A DNA stretch of 64,000 bases from an uncultured Gemmatimonadales bacterium (GCA_963823035.1 CAWGKG010000010.1:64001-128000); one strand, 5' to 3'. Shown: positions 1-10,209, counted from the stretch's first letter. The notes: generated from the sequence alone by a model not told the origin. Numbers and translations: made by a program.

Positions 1-189
<189 letters not shown>

Positions 190-690
190 CTACCTCCGTT
201 CATCGTCCAGCGCGCGCAGCCTGCGCAGGATGCCGAGCGCGCTCTCTCCGGTGGCCATCTTCACGATCTGGTCGATGCGCTCCTGATCGGACGCGAACTT
301 CTTCCGCAGGCGCGCCTGGTAGGCGTCCCTGAGGGTCTCGATGAGCTTGTCGAGTTCGTAGGGTTTGGGAAGGTAGCTGAACGCGCCGAGCTTGGTGAGC
401 TCCACGGCGCTCTCCAGCGAGCCGTGCCCGGTGAGGATGATCGCCTCGAGGAACTGGTGCTCCGCCTTGAGGGCACGCAGCACCTGCCCCCCGTCCATCC
501 CGGGCATCTTCAGGTCGAGGATGGCGATGTCGAAGCGCTCCTTCCTCGCCAGCTCGAGCGCCACCTCGCCGTTGGGCGCCGTGCGCACCTCGAAGCCACG
601 CTTGGACAGCCTGGTCGCGATGGCCTGCAGGAAGCGCGTCTCGTCGTCCACGATGAGCAGCTTGATCACGTGCTCCATCGTCTGTTCCAT
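190..690 (-). CDS. Single-domain response regulator with short C-terminal helical tail
   Basis: IVDDE, ILDLKMPG, LTGHG and PKP receiver motifs; no DNA-binding domain. Confidence 0.9.
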   Translation of the reverse strand: MEQTMEHVIKLLIVDDETRFLQAIATRLSKRGFEVRTAPNGEVALELARKERFDIAILDLKMPGMDGGQVLRALKAEHQFLEAIILTGHGSLESAVELTKLGAFSYLPKPYELDKLIETLRDAYQARLRKKFASDQERIDQIVKMATGESALGILRRLRALDDERR

Positions 691-705
691 CGTCGTTCTC
701 CTCGC

Positions 706-2781
706 TCAGACGGCGGGAAAGCCGAGCCAGAGCCAGTAGCCGAGTATCGCCCAGAACCACAGCACGGCGAAGCTGATGAGCAGCACGAAGAATCCGTGCT
801 TGAAGAAGTCCGCGAGCGTGACGAGCTGCTCGCCGGTAGCCGGGTCCTTCGCCATCGCGTACACGAGCGCGTTGGACGGCGTGCCGATGATGAGCATGTG
901 CGCGTACGACGACGCGTAGGCCGTCGAGAAGCCGACCATCCAGGGATGCGCCCCCGCCACCGTCGCCATGGGCACGGTCACGGGGCCGATCGCAGCCACC
1001 GTGGCGCCATCGCTCATGAAGTTCGTCGCCACCCCGGTGAAGAGCGACGAGGCGATCGCCAGCCCGGACCCGGTGCTCATGAAGTCGGGCAGGACGCTGA
1101 CGAAGCGGTCCGCGAGGAAGAGCGCGGCGCCCGTCGAGGCGAGCCCCGCGCCAATGGCCGTCGCGCCCGCGTAGAGGAGCACCACCTCCCAGTGGATGGA
1201 CTGCATGTCCCTCCACGGCAGGATGCGGAAGACGTTGAGCAGCACCAGGCCGAGCAGCACGGGCCCGCCCATGCCCAGCGAGCCGCTCGCCGTGATCCAC
1301 AGCGTCACCACCAGGAGGAGGACGGCCCCGGTCATGTACTCGGCGCGCGTCATGGGCCCGATCTTCTCGGCGGCCCGGCGGATCTCCGCCGCGACGTTCA
1401 GATGCGGGACGGCGACCTTCCGCTTCAGGAAGATTACGAAGTAGAGCCCCACGAAGAACGAGGTGACGGGCACCAGCGGCAGCCCGTACTTGACCCACTG
1501 CCCGAACGTCGGCGCGACGCCGTAGTCCGCGAGGATGCCGATCATGATGGCGTTCCGTCCGCCCGACGCCGGCGAGCCCGGTCCACCGGAGTTGGCGGCG
1601 TAGCAGAGCGCCAGCGCCAGGAGCACCATCAGCATGCGGTCCTTCTTGATGGCGTTCGTGCGCATCGCGGTGGCGTACACCATCACGAAGAGCGGCATCG
1701 TGAAGGCCACCAGCGCGTGCTCGCTGAAGAAGCCGCACGTGAGCGACAGCAGCGGCATGAACACGAGCAGGAACAGCGTCAGGTTGCGCGCGGGGGCCAG
1801 CAGGAGGAGGCCGATGCGCCGGTCGAGCCCCGTACGCGTGATCGCCTTGGACATGGCGAGCACGCCGAAGATGAAGAGCACCGCGTCCTTGGCGAACGCC
1901 TGCGCCACCCCGTCGGGCTTGAAGATGCCGAAGAAGTAGAGCGACGATGCCACGAACACCGTCGTCACGGCCACGGGGATCGCGCCCGTGGCCCAGAAGA
2001 GGGCCGCCACCGCGAGGGTAGCCAGCACGATCATCCCGCGCCGCGCCACTGCCTCGTCGGTCAGCGGCTCGGTCGTGCGCGTGCCGTCCGGGCGCACCAC
2101 CTCGTGCTCGAGCTTGTATTTCGACCCGTAGTAGCCGGCGATCGTCTGGCCTGGTCGCATGTCGCGGTAGGAGGCGTAGCCCATGATGGGATCGGGGGTC
2201 CCCGCGGTGGGCCCGACCGTCATTTCCGCGGGTGCCTTTGGCGTCGACACCAGCTCGACCAGGCGTGCCGGCGGCGCGGGGATCACCAGCGAGCAGAAGA
2301 GGGCGATCCCCAGGAGGATGAAGAGGGGCCTCGAGTTGTGATTGCCGAGGAACCAGCGGAGCGTGCTGCGCCGATCGTCGGGCTGGTGCGCGATCTCGTG
2401 GCGGGCCTTGGCGAAGGCGACCTCCTCCTTGGCTTCCTCGAGCACCGCGGCCAGCTCCTCCACATCGCAGGGCTTCTGCAGGTACTTGAAGGCCTCCAGC
2501 CGCCCGGCCTCCTTGGCCGAGTCCAGGCTGCCGTGACCCGTGAGCATCACGGCCTGGATCGCCGGGTTGAAGGCGCGCAGCTCCTTGAGCGTCTGGATTC
2601 CGTCCATCCCGGGCATGCGCAGGTCGAGCACCGCGATGTCGATCTGGCCGTCCTGGCGCACGCGCCGCACGGCCTCCTCGCCGTTCGCGACGTCCACCAC
2701 GTCGTAGCCACGCGCGCGTAGGCGCTTGGCGAGCGAAGTGCGGAAGCGCTCCTCGTCGTCCACGAAAAGCACCTTCGACAT
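706..2781 (-). CDS. Receiver domain fused to DASS/SLC13-family anion/dicarboxylate transporter
   Basis: N-terminal REC (FVDDE, LDLRMPG, LTGHG, QKP) followed by many TM segments with DASS-like motifs (GLDRRIG, FFSEHA, ANSGGPGSPASGGRNA, TNFMSDGA, GTPSNA). Confidence 0.85.
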   Translation of the reverse strand: MSKVLFVDDEERFRTSLAKRLRARGYDVVDVANGEEAVRRVRQDGQIDIAVLDLRMPGMDGIQTLKELRAFNPAIQAVMLTGHGSLDSAKEAGRLEAFKYLQKPCDVEELAAVLEEAKEEVAFAKARHEIAHQPDDRRSTLRWFLGNHNSRPLFILLGIALFCSLVIPAPPARLVELVSTPKAPAEMTVGPTAGTPDPIMGYASYRDMRPGQTIAGYYGSKYKLEHEVVRPDGTRTTEPLTDEAVARRGMIVLATLAVAALFWATGAIPVAVTTVFVASSLYFFGIFKPDGVAQAFAKDAVLFIFGVLAMSKAITRTGLDRRIGLLLLAPARNLTLFLLVFMPLLSLTCGFFSEHALVAFTMPLFVMVYATAMRTNAIKKDRMLMVLLALALCYAANSGGPGSPASGGRNAIMIGILADYGVAPTFGQWVKYGLPLVPVTSFFVGLYFVIFLKRKVAVPHLNVAAEIRRAAEKIGPMTRAEYMTGAVLLLVVTLWITASGSLGMGGPVLLGLVLLNVFRILPWRDMQSIHWEVVLLYAGATAIGAGLASTGAALFLADRFVSVLPDFMSTGSGLAIASSLFTGVATNFMSDGATVAAIGPVTVPMATVAGAHPWMVGFSTAYASSYAHMLIIGTPSNALVYAMAKDPATGEQLVTLADFFKHGFFVLLISFAVLWFWAILGYWLWLGFPAV

Positions 2782-2785
2782 CGGA

Positions 2786-3349
2786 TCACCCGTTCCTTTG
2801 ATCGAGGCACTCCCCCTGCATGATCTGGCGGGAGAGCTCGTCGAAGAGGTCGCTGAGGCGGAGGATGCCCACCGTCCGGCCGCGGCGGGTCACCAGGAGT
2901 GAGAGGGTCTGGTGGTGCAGGAAGACGGGGATGGCGTCGGAGACGGACGCCTTCTCGTCGATGCCCACGGTGGCGTATGTGCAGACGTCCCGGACGACGA
3001 CGCTGCGGGCACGCTCGCACAGGTCGAGCAGGTCGCCGGTGAGGAAGTCGAGCATCCGCATCGAGGAGTCGCGCAGGGCGTCGTCCACGCCCGCGCGGTC
3101 GAACAGCGCCTGGGTGTCGCGTGCCTTCTTGTCGGGCACCAGGGCACGCAGGAAGGCGAAGTGGTGGAACTTCCCGACGATCGTGCCCCTTCGATCGCGC
3201 ACCAGAATCGCCCGGTGCGGTTGGCGGCCGGGGTCGAGCTTCTCCTGCGACGACTGCAACGCGCGCAACGCCTCCAGGACGGTGGCGTCCTCGTCCACGA
3301 CGGCGTACTCCTCCAGCGGAACCATGATGTCCGCGACCCCGATGCCCAT
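2786..3349 (-). CDS. CBS-domain protein
   Basis: VADIMVP...ATVLEAL...ILVRD..G.IVG and second repeat ASVSDA...LLV...VGILRLSDL. Confidence 0.85.
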   Translation of the reverse strand: MGIGVADIMVPLEEYAVVDEDATVLEALRALQSSQEKLDPGRQPHRAILVRDRRGTIVGKFHHFAFLRALVPDKKARDTQALFDRAGVDDALRDSSMRMLDFLTGDLLDLCERARSVVVRDVCTYATVGIDEKASVSDAIPVFLHHQTLSLLVTRRGRTVGILRLSDLFDELSRQIMQGECLDQRNG

Positions 3350-3367
3350 CGCGATCCTCCTGCTTCC

Positions 3368-5059
3368 TCAGGCCTCCTGGGCCAGAGGAAGCTCCACGGT
3401 GAACGTGCTACCCTTGCCCGGCGCGCTGACCACGTAGAAGGCGCCTCCCAGGCTCCGGATGATCGTGTAGCTGACGCTCAGGCCGAGTCCGGTGCCCTTG
3501 CCCGGCTCCTTCGTCGTGAAGAACGGCATGAAGACCTTGTCGAGCTGCTCGGGCGGCATGCCGCAGCCCGTGTCGCGAACGGAGACCCGCGCCTTCTCGC
3601 CGACGAGCTGCGTCGTGACCGTCAGCCGGCCGCCTCCGGACATGGCGTCCATCGCGTTCTTCACGAGGTTCACGAACACCTGCACGAGTTGGTTGCGATC
3701 GGTCGGGACGTGGGGGATGCGCGCGTCGAAGTGGCGCTCGACCGCCACGTTGGACATCGCCAGCTCGTTTCCCAGCAGCTCGTCCAGCACCTCGTCGAGG
3801 ATGTCGTGCAGGTCGTGCGGCTCGACCCTCACCTCCTTCTGCCGGACGAAGGTCAGCAGCTTGCGCGTGATGTCACGGCAGCGGAAGACCGCGTCGTGGA
3901 TCGCGCCGAGGTGCTCGTCGACGTCCAGCTCCTCTTCGTCGTCGGGGAGCTCGGGATCCATCGAGTCGCGCAGGAGACCGACCTCCTCCGCGATGATGGC
4001 CAGTGGGTTGTTGATCTCGTGCGCGATGCCCGCGGCCAGCTCGCCGACCGAGGCCAGCTTGGCGGCGTGCACGAGCTGTCCGGACAGCTCGGCCTCGTGC
4101 CGTTCCGTGGCCAGGTGCTCCCCCACCACCTGCCGCGTGCGGACGAGGATCACCACCCCCATGAAGAGGAAGGCGGCGAGCGTGACCAGAGAGATCCACG
4201 GTCCAGAGCCCGTCGTGCCCTCGCCGAGCCCGCGCGCGTCGATGACCACCAGCGCCCATGGCGTCTCGCTCAGCCATGCGTAGGCGTAGTCGGGCCTCGC
4301 CGAGGCGCGCCGCCGTGGCACGAAGCCGCGCGGTGGCCGCGCCGGCGGCACGAAATCGGAGGGCTCCAGCGACGCTCCGACGCGCGACGTCGACAGCTGC
4401 AACACGCCGTCGCCGTTCACGACCGCGGCGTGCACCTCGCTGGCACCCTCCAGCGTCGCGAGGTATTCGGCCAGTCGCTCCGGCGACAGCGCGGCGCGCA
4501 GGATGCGTGCGCCCGGGCCCTCCCCCCGGCGCACGGCGATGGTGAAGTGCGGCCGTCCGCGGAAGCCGAGGTAGATCTCGGTGATCACCGACTCCGGTTC
4601 CAGGAGGCACAGCTCCTGGAACCACGGCTCGTCGGCGTAGTCCACGGGGGCGGCGTACCGGACGGGCCCCGCATACGCCGTGAGGGTTCCGTATCCGTCC
4701 ACGACGCCGAGGTCGACGAATGCGTCGCTGGCCCGCTGCAGCTCGGCCAGGACGCCCTCGAGAGCCGCTCCCGCGTCGAAACGCGGATCGCGGTTGATGT
4801 TGTCGAGGTTGACCAGGCGCTCGCGAAGGAAGAGGTCGAAGGTGTTGGCCTGGTGCTCGGCCAACGCCTCCAGGTGCGCCCGCAGGCTGTCCCGCTGCAC
4901 GTGGCGGTATTGCAGCTGGAAGAAGACCGCGAGGAGGAGGAGGGGGACGAAGTAGAGGAGGAGGAGCCGACCCAGCGTGTGCCAGAACAGCTCCCGCACG
5001 TGACCGTCCCGGTCACCGGGGGAGTAGCTCGGGTCGGGGCCCGACGGATCGGCGGCCAT
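3368..5059 (-). CDS. Membrane sensor histidine kinase (two TMs flanking a Cache-like extracytoplasmic domain)
   Basis: H-box LAAGIAHEINNPL, N-box NLVKNAMDA, G boxes DTGCG and GKGTGLGL; start placed at ATG 5059 rather than ORF start 5293. Confidence 0.88.
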   Translation of the reverse strand: MAADPSGPDPSYSPGDRDGHVRELFWHTLGRLLLLYFVPLLLLAVFFQLQYRHVQRDSLRAHLEALAEHQANTFDLFLRERLVNLDNINRDPRFDAGAALEGVLAELQRASDAFVDLGVVDGYGTLTAYAGPVRYAAPVDYADEPWFQELCLLEPESVITEIYLGFRGRPHFTIAVRRGEGPGARILRAALSPERLAEYLATLEGASEVHAAVVNGDGVLQLSTSRVGASLEPSDFVPPARPPRGFVPRRRASARPDYAYAWLSETPWALVVIDARGLGEGTTGSGPWISLVTLAAFLFMGVVILVRTRQVVGEHLATERHEAELSGQLVHAAKLASVGELAAGIAHEINNPLAIIAEEVGLLRDSMDPELPDDEEELDVDEHLGAIHDAVFRCRDITRKLLTFVRQKEVRVEPHDLHDILDEVLDELLGNELAMSNVAVERHFDARIPHVPTDRNQLVQVFVNLVKNAMDAMSGGGRLTVTTQLVGEKARVSVRDTGCGMPPEQLDKVFMPFFTTKEPGKGTGLGLSVSYTIIRSLGGAFYVVSAPGKGSTFTVELPLAQEA

Positions 5060-5276
5060 ACGTGGTTCGACGCACCTCGGCCGCGCACCCGTAGTGGCGA
5101 CCGGAAGCCCTGTACACGGATCAGAGACGCCCGTGGCCGCCCGCCGTTGCCCCGGGAGGGTAATCGTGATAAAAATATCGAATTCTGGGTCCGCCAAGAA
5201 GGGCGCGGGGCACCTGCGCACCGCCGGCACACTAGATTGCAGGTTCACCCGAGGCTCCGACCGCTCCGGAGACGAC

Positions 5277-5833
5277 ATGACCGGCGACCCCACCGCCTTC
5301 CAGGACCACTACCCCGACGACGTCGCCCACTGCTACGGCTGTGGTCGCTTGAACGAGCGGGGGCACCAGCTACGGAGCTTCTGGGAGGGCGACGAAACCG
5401 TCGCCCACTTCACCCCGAGCGCCTGGCATACGGCCATCCCGGGCTACGTGTACGGGGGCCTGCGACGAAATGTGGGCGTCCACCAGTACATGTACTTCCA
5501 CTTCCATCGCGCTCCCTGATCGACTGCCACGGGACTCAGGAACGGCCTCCGCGGTGGGCGCGCGCACGGTGGGCTGGCGGCCTGGGCGAGGAGTCGGCGC
5601 CCGCTGGAAAGGAGGCGCCGCGCTATGTGACGGCGTCGCTGCAGGTGAGCTATCTGAAGCCGACTCCCCCTCGGGCCTGGAGCCCACCGTCCGGGGGGTG
5701 GTCGAGGAGGCGGACGAGGCGCGCGGGAGCCGAAAGGTGGTGACGCGTGTCACGGTCGAGGCGGAGGGCGTGGTCGACGGCCGAAGGTCGGGTGGTCGCC
5801 GTGCGCATGCCGGAGTCCCTCGTGCGGGGGTGA
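5277..5833 (+). pseudogene. PaaI/hot-dog thioesterase family gene, disrupted by an insertion and several frameshifts (pseudogene or sequencing error)
   Basis: Fragments in different frames: HCYGCGRLN...GYVYGGL, SLIDCHG, YVTASLQVSYLKPTP, AEGRVVAVRMP; GGAGA RBS before ATG 5277. Confidence 0.7.
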
Positions 5834-5863
5834 AGCGGGGGCCCGGGCTGTTCGCTGTCCAGG

Positions 5864-6388
5864 TCATCGCGCGCCCAGCCTGTCCAGCAGCCGGATCTGG
5901 CCGGCGTGGTAGGCGTCGTGGAGCGCCAGGCCGAGCAGCTCCGACCCGATGGAACGGCTCTTCCCGGGTCGGCAACGGCGCAGCGCCCCGGCCGGCATTC
6001 CTTCGATCGCAGCCACGAGGCGCTCCTGGTACGCTCGGAGCATCGCCCGGTCGCGCTTCCAGGCAGCCTCGCTCAACTCCTTCGGGAGTTCGGGGAACCA
6101 CGACTTTCGCAGCTTGCGCGGGAACGATGGCACCTCCACCTCGTGGAACCGTCGTACCCTGAGCAGGAGGCTGTGGCGAGCGTACGCCAGATGGAGCGCC
6201 AGCTCCCAGATCGTGTTCCGTCCCGGCGCGGGGCGAGCGGCCGCCCGCGCTGCGGAGATGCCGCGGAGCGCGACGGCCACCGACGGACCGTGCCAGGCGG
6301 GCCCGGCGTAGGCCTCGCGGAGGGAGCGCAGGATCGTCGCCCCGTCGGGTGACGCTGCCGTCGCGGGTTCCTTCCTTCCGGTGCTCAT
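5864..6388 (-). CDS. DinB family protein
   Basis: AWHGPS, TIWELALHL and HDAYHAGQI His pattern; AGGAG RBS before ATG 6388. Confidence 0.85.
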   Translation of the reverse strand: MSTGRKEPATAASPDGATILRSLREAYAGPAWHGPSVAVALRGISAARAAARPAPGRNTIWELALHLAYARHSLLLRVRRFHEVEVPSFPRKLRKSWFPELPKELSEAAWKRDRAMLRAYQERLVAAIEGMPAGALRRCRPGKSRSIGSELLGLALHDAYHAGQIRLLDRLGAR

Positions 6389-6406
6389 CGTGGCTCCTGG
6401 GTGGGC

Positions 6407-6440
6407 ATGTAACCGTGTTGACTGATATAAACGGTTACAT
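6407..6440. promoter_or_regulatory. AT-rich perfect inverted repeat, candidate operator
   Basis: ATGTAACCGT-N14-ACGGTTACAT between divergent genes, just upstream of the dinB start. Confidence 0.5.
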
Positions 6441-6635
6441 CGTGCACGAGCGGGGATCACCTGTCAACGACAGGCTCCATCCAGGCGCCTCGTAATCCCG
6501 CCGGCCGAGCGCCGTACCCCGAGAAGGAGGGCTCCCCGGAAAGGCTGGCGCACCGGGGGCCGAACCATCATCCTGCCACGGCAACGGCCGCCGCGCCCTG
6601 CGCTGCGCGGCGCCAACATCAAGAGAGGGATGCCC

Positions 6636-7037
6636 ATGCGATCCGTGAGTGTGAACCGTCGTGTCGTGCTCGTGCTGGGCCTCGTCCTGGCACTCGGCGC
6701 GTGTGCGGGCGGTGGGGGGGCCGGTGGAGCCGGCCGGGGCTCGTCCACCCGCCTGACCGAGGCGGACATCGAGAATGACCAAAGCCTCGACCTGTACTCC
6801 ATCATCCAGCGACGCCGACCGCAGTGGCTCCGGGTCCGCGGCGCCGTCACCACCTCGGGTCCGGTGACCATCGCGGTGATCATCGACGGGACGCGCCAGC
6901 AGGGGAGCGTCGATCTTCTACGCTCCATGCGTGGCGGTGAGGTGCAGGAGGTGCGCTTCATGAGCGCGAGCGACGCGACCACCCGCTACGGCACCGACAT
7001 GACCGGCGGGGCCATCGTGATCGTCACGAAGCACTAG
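6636..7037 (+). CDS. Small lipoprotein resembling a stand-alone TonB-dependent receptor plug domain
   Basis: Lipobox LALGA-C; IIDG and C-terminal RYG...GGAIVIVT resemble plug-domain motifs. Confidence 0.65.
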   Translation: MRSVSVNRRVVLVLGLVLALGACAGGGGAGGAGRGSSTRLTEADIENDQSLDLYSIIQRRRPQWLRVRGAVTTSGPVTIAVIIDGTRQQGSVDLLRSMRGGEVQEVRFMSASDATTRYGTDMTGGAIVIVTKH

Positions 7038-7094
7038 GGCGCCCGACGCCCGGTGGCTGCGTCCGGGTGGCGAGCGGCCGCCCGACGCGGTGCC

Positions 7095-9767
7095 TCACTC
7101 GGACCGCAGGGCGTGCGAGGGGTCCACGCCGGCCGCGCGCATCGCGGGTAACCAGCTCGCGGCGGTGGCCACGGCGATGAGCGCGAGCGCGACGGCACCG
7201 TACGTCAGCGGGTCGGTCGCGCTGATGCCGAAGAGGATCGTCGACAACAGCGAGCTCATCAGCGCCGCTGCCACCAGCCCCACGGCGACGCCCGCCCCGG
7301 CGAGCGCGAGCCCCTGACGGACGACCATCCCCCGTACGAGCGTGCCGGAGGCGCCGAGCGCCATGCGCACGCCGATCTCGCGGGTGCGCTGCGACACGAT
7401 GTACGAGATCACACCGTAGATCCCGACCAGGCCGAGGATCAGCGCGATCCCCGACGCGGCGGCCAGGAGGGCCATCGTGAAGGAGGTGCGCGCGGTCGCG
7501 CCGATGAAGACGTCCTCCATCGTGCGTGGATTCGCCAGGGGGATGCGCGCGTTGAGGTCGCGTAGCTCGCGCCTCAACACCGGCACGAACTGGAGCGGCG
7601 AGCCCGCCGTGCGCACCACCACGTCGAACGTCCGGCTCACGAAGGGATGGGCGGCCGTCCCGAAGGTGGGCGGGAAGTAGACCATCTCGCCGGGCGGACT
7701 CTCGAGGTTGTCGATGTGCACGTCCCCGACGACGCCGACGATCTCCCACCAATCTTCGTCCGGGAATCCCGATCGCAGACGCCTCCCGATGGGGCTCGCG
7801 TCCGGCCACCAGTGCTGGGCGAAGGCCTTGCCGACGACCACCGCGCGCGTGCCGGTCGCCCCGTCGTCGCGCTGGAAGGTGCGGCCTTCGAGGACGGGGA
7901 TGCCCATGGCCTGGAAGTAGCCCGGCCCCGCGCTTCCCTGGTTCGCGAACACGGGGAGCTCCCCCTCCGCCCGCGGCTGGTCTTCGACCTCGATGGTCCC
8001 GAAGCTGACGCCGCCGGAGAGGGGTACGCGGCCCACGAGCCCGGCTGCCTCGACGCCGGCCTGCCTTGCGAGGCGATCCTGGAGCTGGAGGAACAAGTCG
8101 GCCGTCTCGGTCGTGCCCGGGATCTCGGCGCTCGGCACGGACAGCCGCGCCGTGAGCACGCCGTCGGGACGGAAGCCGGGGTCCACGGCCCGCAGCGCCA
8201 CGAAGGAGCGGAACATCAGCCCGGACCCCACCAGCAGCACGAGGGCAAGGGCCACCTGCACGACCACGAGCGTGTTGCGCAGGCGATGGCGCTCGCGCCC
8301 GGTGGTGCCGCCGCGCGCACCGCCCTCGCGCAGCTGGTTCGCCAGGTCGGCCGTGCCGTAGCGCAGGAGGGGGAAGAGCGCGAAGAAGAACGCGCACCCC
8401 AGCGAGACGAGCGCCGAGAAGCCGAGCACGCGCAGGTCGACGCCGACCTCCGCCATGCGCGGGATGTCGGTGGGCACCACGCCGACGGAGAGCCGCACCG
8501 CGAGCGCGGCGACGGCCACGCCCAGGGCGCCGCCGGCGGCGGCCAGCACGAGGCTCTCCCCCAGGAAGGCGCGCAGCACCTGCGCGCGTCCGGCACCGAC
8601 CGCGACGCGCAGCGCCACCTCGCGCTGACGTCCCTCCGCCCGCACCAGAAGGAGGTTCGCGACGTTCGCGCAGGCGATCAGCAGCACGAAGCCCACCGTG
8701 CCGAGGAGGATCCAGAGGGTGCGGCCGACGTCGCCGACGACGGCCTCCTTGAGGGGGCGGACCACCGCCTTGAGGTTCACCTGCTTGAGGAACGCGGCTT
8801 CGTCGGCGGGACGCGTAGTCGGCGAGCCGGTCCACGATTCCCTGGAGCTCGGTGCCCGCGCCCTGCGCGCTCGCGCTCGCCGTGAGGCGCGCGATCGCCG
8901 CCGGCGCCGAACGCCGCCGTACGACACCTGAGCCGGATCGACCACGTACGGGCAGCCACGCCTGGGCGTCGCGGGTCGGGTGGCCGAAGTCGGGGGGCAT
9001 GACGCCCACGACCCGCCGGCTCGCGCCGTTCATGTCGAGCGTGCGTCCGACCACGGCGGGATCCGCGCCGAAGTCGCGCCGCCAGAGCCCGTCGCTCAGC
9101 ACGACCACCTGCTCGCCGTCGGGCGCGCCCTCCTCCTCGGTGAAGGTGCGGCCCGAGCTGCGCCTCGACGCCGAGCACCTGGAAGAAGGACGGCGTCACC
9201 ACCTGCGCCGGGATGCGCTCGGGCTCGCCGTCGCCGACCAGGTTCACCACCGTCTGCTGGTACATCGCGATCGACGCCAACGAGGGCGCTTGCTCGCGGT
9301 AGGTCAGGTAGAGGCCGTCGGAGATCGGCAGCTCATCCTGCGCCGTCGCGCCCCAGGTGCTCGATGGCCAGGAGGCGGTCCGGACGCGGGGAAGGGGAGC
9401 GGGCGGATGAGCACTCCGTCCACCAGCGTGAACACGGCCGTGGTGGCGCCGATCCCGAGCGCCAGCGTGACCACGGCGATCGTCGTGAACGAGGCGTGGC
9501 GCACCAGTCCGCGCAGCGCGTACCTCAGGTCGTTGAGCAGGCCCGTCATCTTCATCGTCTCCTTCCGCTCCCACAGGGCGTCGATCCAACAGGTCAGGAT
9601 GCGTGCGCGCAGCCGCAGCGTCGCGAGGCGCGACGACCGCCCGCTGCGCAAGAGGGTCTTCCAAGCGTAGGCGGCTCCGCCTCCCATTCGCGTCGCCACG
9701 CTTCGCGGCGGGCGGGCGGTACCAGGTTGGAGGCGGCCGCGATCAGCCGCAGGCCGGGCGTGTCCAT
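7095..9767 (-). CDS. ADOP-type duplicated ABC permease (MacB_PCD/FtsX), several frameshifts in 5' half
   Basis: DLRYALRGL...TLALGIGATTAVF, LLIACANVANLL, SQRTREIGVRMALGA, VDPSHALRSE; pieces in ORFs 9594-10397, 9304-9699, 8777-9664, 7024-9108, 7095-8945; TGATG coupling to padR. Confidence 0.85.
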
Positions 9768-10082
9768 CAGGCCGACCCGGGCTCCGCGGCGAAGAGCCGC
9801 ATCAGCGCCGGGAAGCGGTCCATCACCTCGGCAAGGGACTCCTCCCCGACCGGGGTGAGACGGTAGTACCGGCGCGGCGGCCGCTGCTCGGCTCGCGCGC
9901 TCGCCTCGTTCTCCCACGCTCCGGTGAGCACGCCGCGGCGCTCGAGCCGCCGCAGGATCGGGATACACCGTCCCGTCCGGCAGTCCGGTCGCGTCCATGA
10001 CGTCGAAGCCGTAGCGGTGGCCGTGCTGGATGGCCAGCAGGACGGCGGCGGTCGGATAGGTCAGGCTGAACAGCTTGCCCAC
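9767..10082 (-). CDS. PadR family transcriptional regulator (frameshift near 9960)
   Basis: YGFDVMDATGLPDGTVYP then shifted LRRLERRG...RPPRRYYRLT; directly upstream of ADOP permease. Confidence 0.8.
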
Positions 10083-10103
10083 GACGGCTCCCGGCTCGGT
10101 GCG

Positions 10104-10121
10104 TACACAGAATCCTAGGTA
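10104..10121. promoter_or_regulatory. Imperfect palindrome upstream of padR, candidate PadR operator
   Basis: TACACAGAATCCTAGGTA, 12 of 18 positions match its reverse complement, about 20 bp upstream of padR start. Confidence 0.35.
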
Positions 10122-10209
10122 GGGTACGGAAATAAGACGCCGTCGGGCGCGAAAGCGTTGCAGGGGGTTTGGGCGGGTGGCGCGCGTCGCGGAGATCTCC
10201 CGACATCCG

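Noticed and set aside
5225..5241. Sigma-54-like CGGCACACTAGATTGCA upstream of the thioesterase
   Set aside because: GG-to-GC spacing is 11, not the required 10; it could only be real if a local indel error is shown.
424..5743. Long antisense or alternate-frame ORFs (e.g. 424-2721, 2912-5743 and many similar across the window)
   Set aside because: These are shadow ORFs expected at very high GC; they are Arg/Gly/Pro-rich, lack motifs and overlap well-supported genes.
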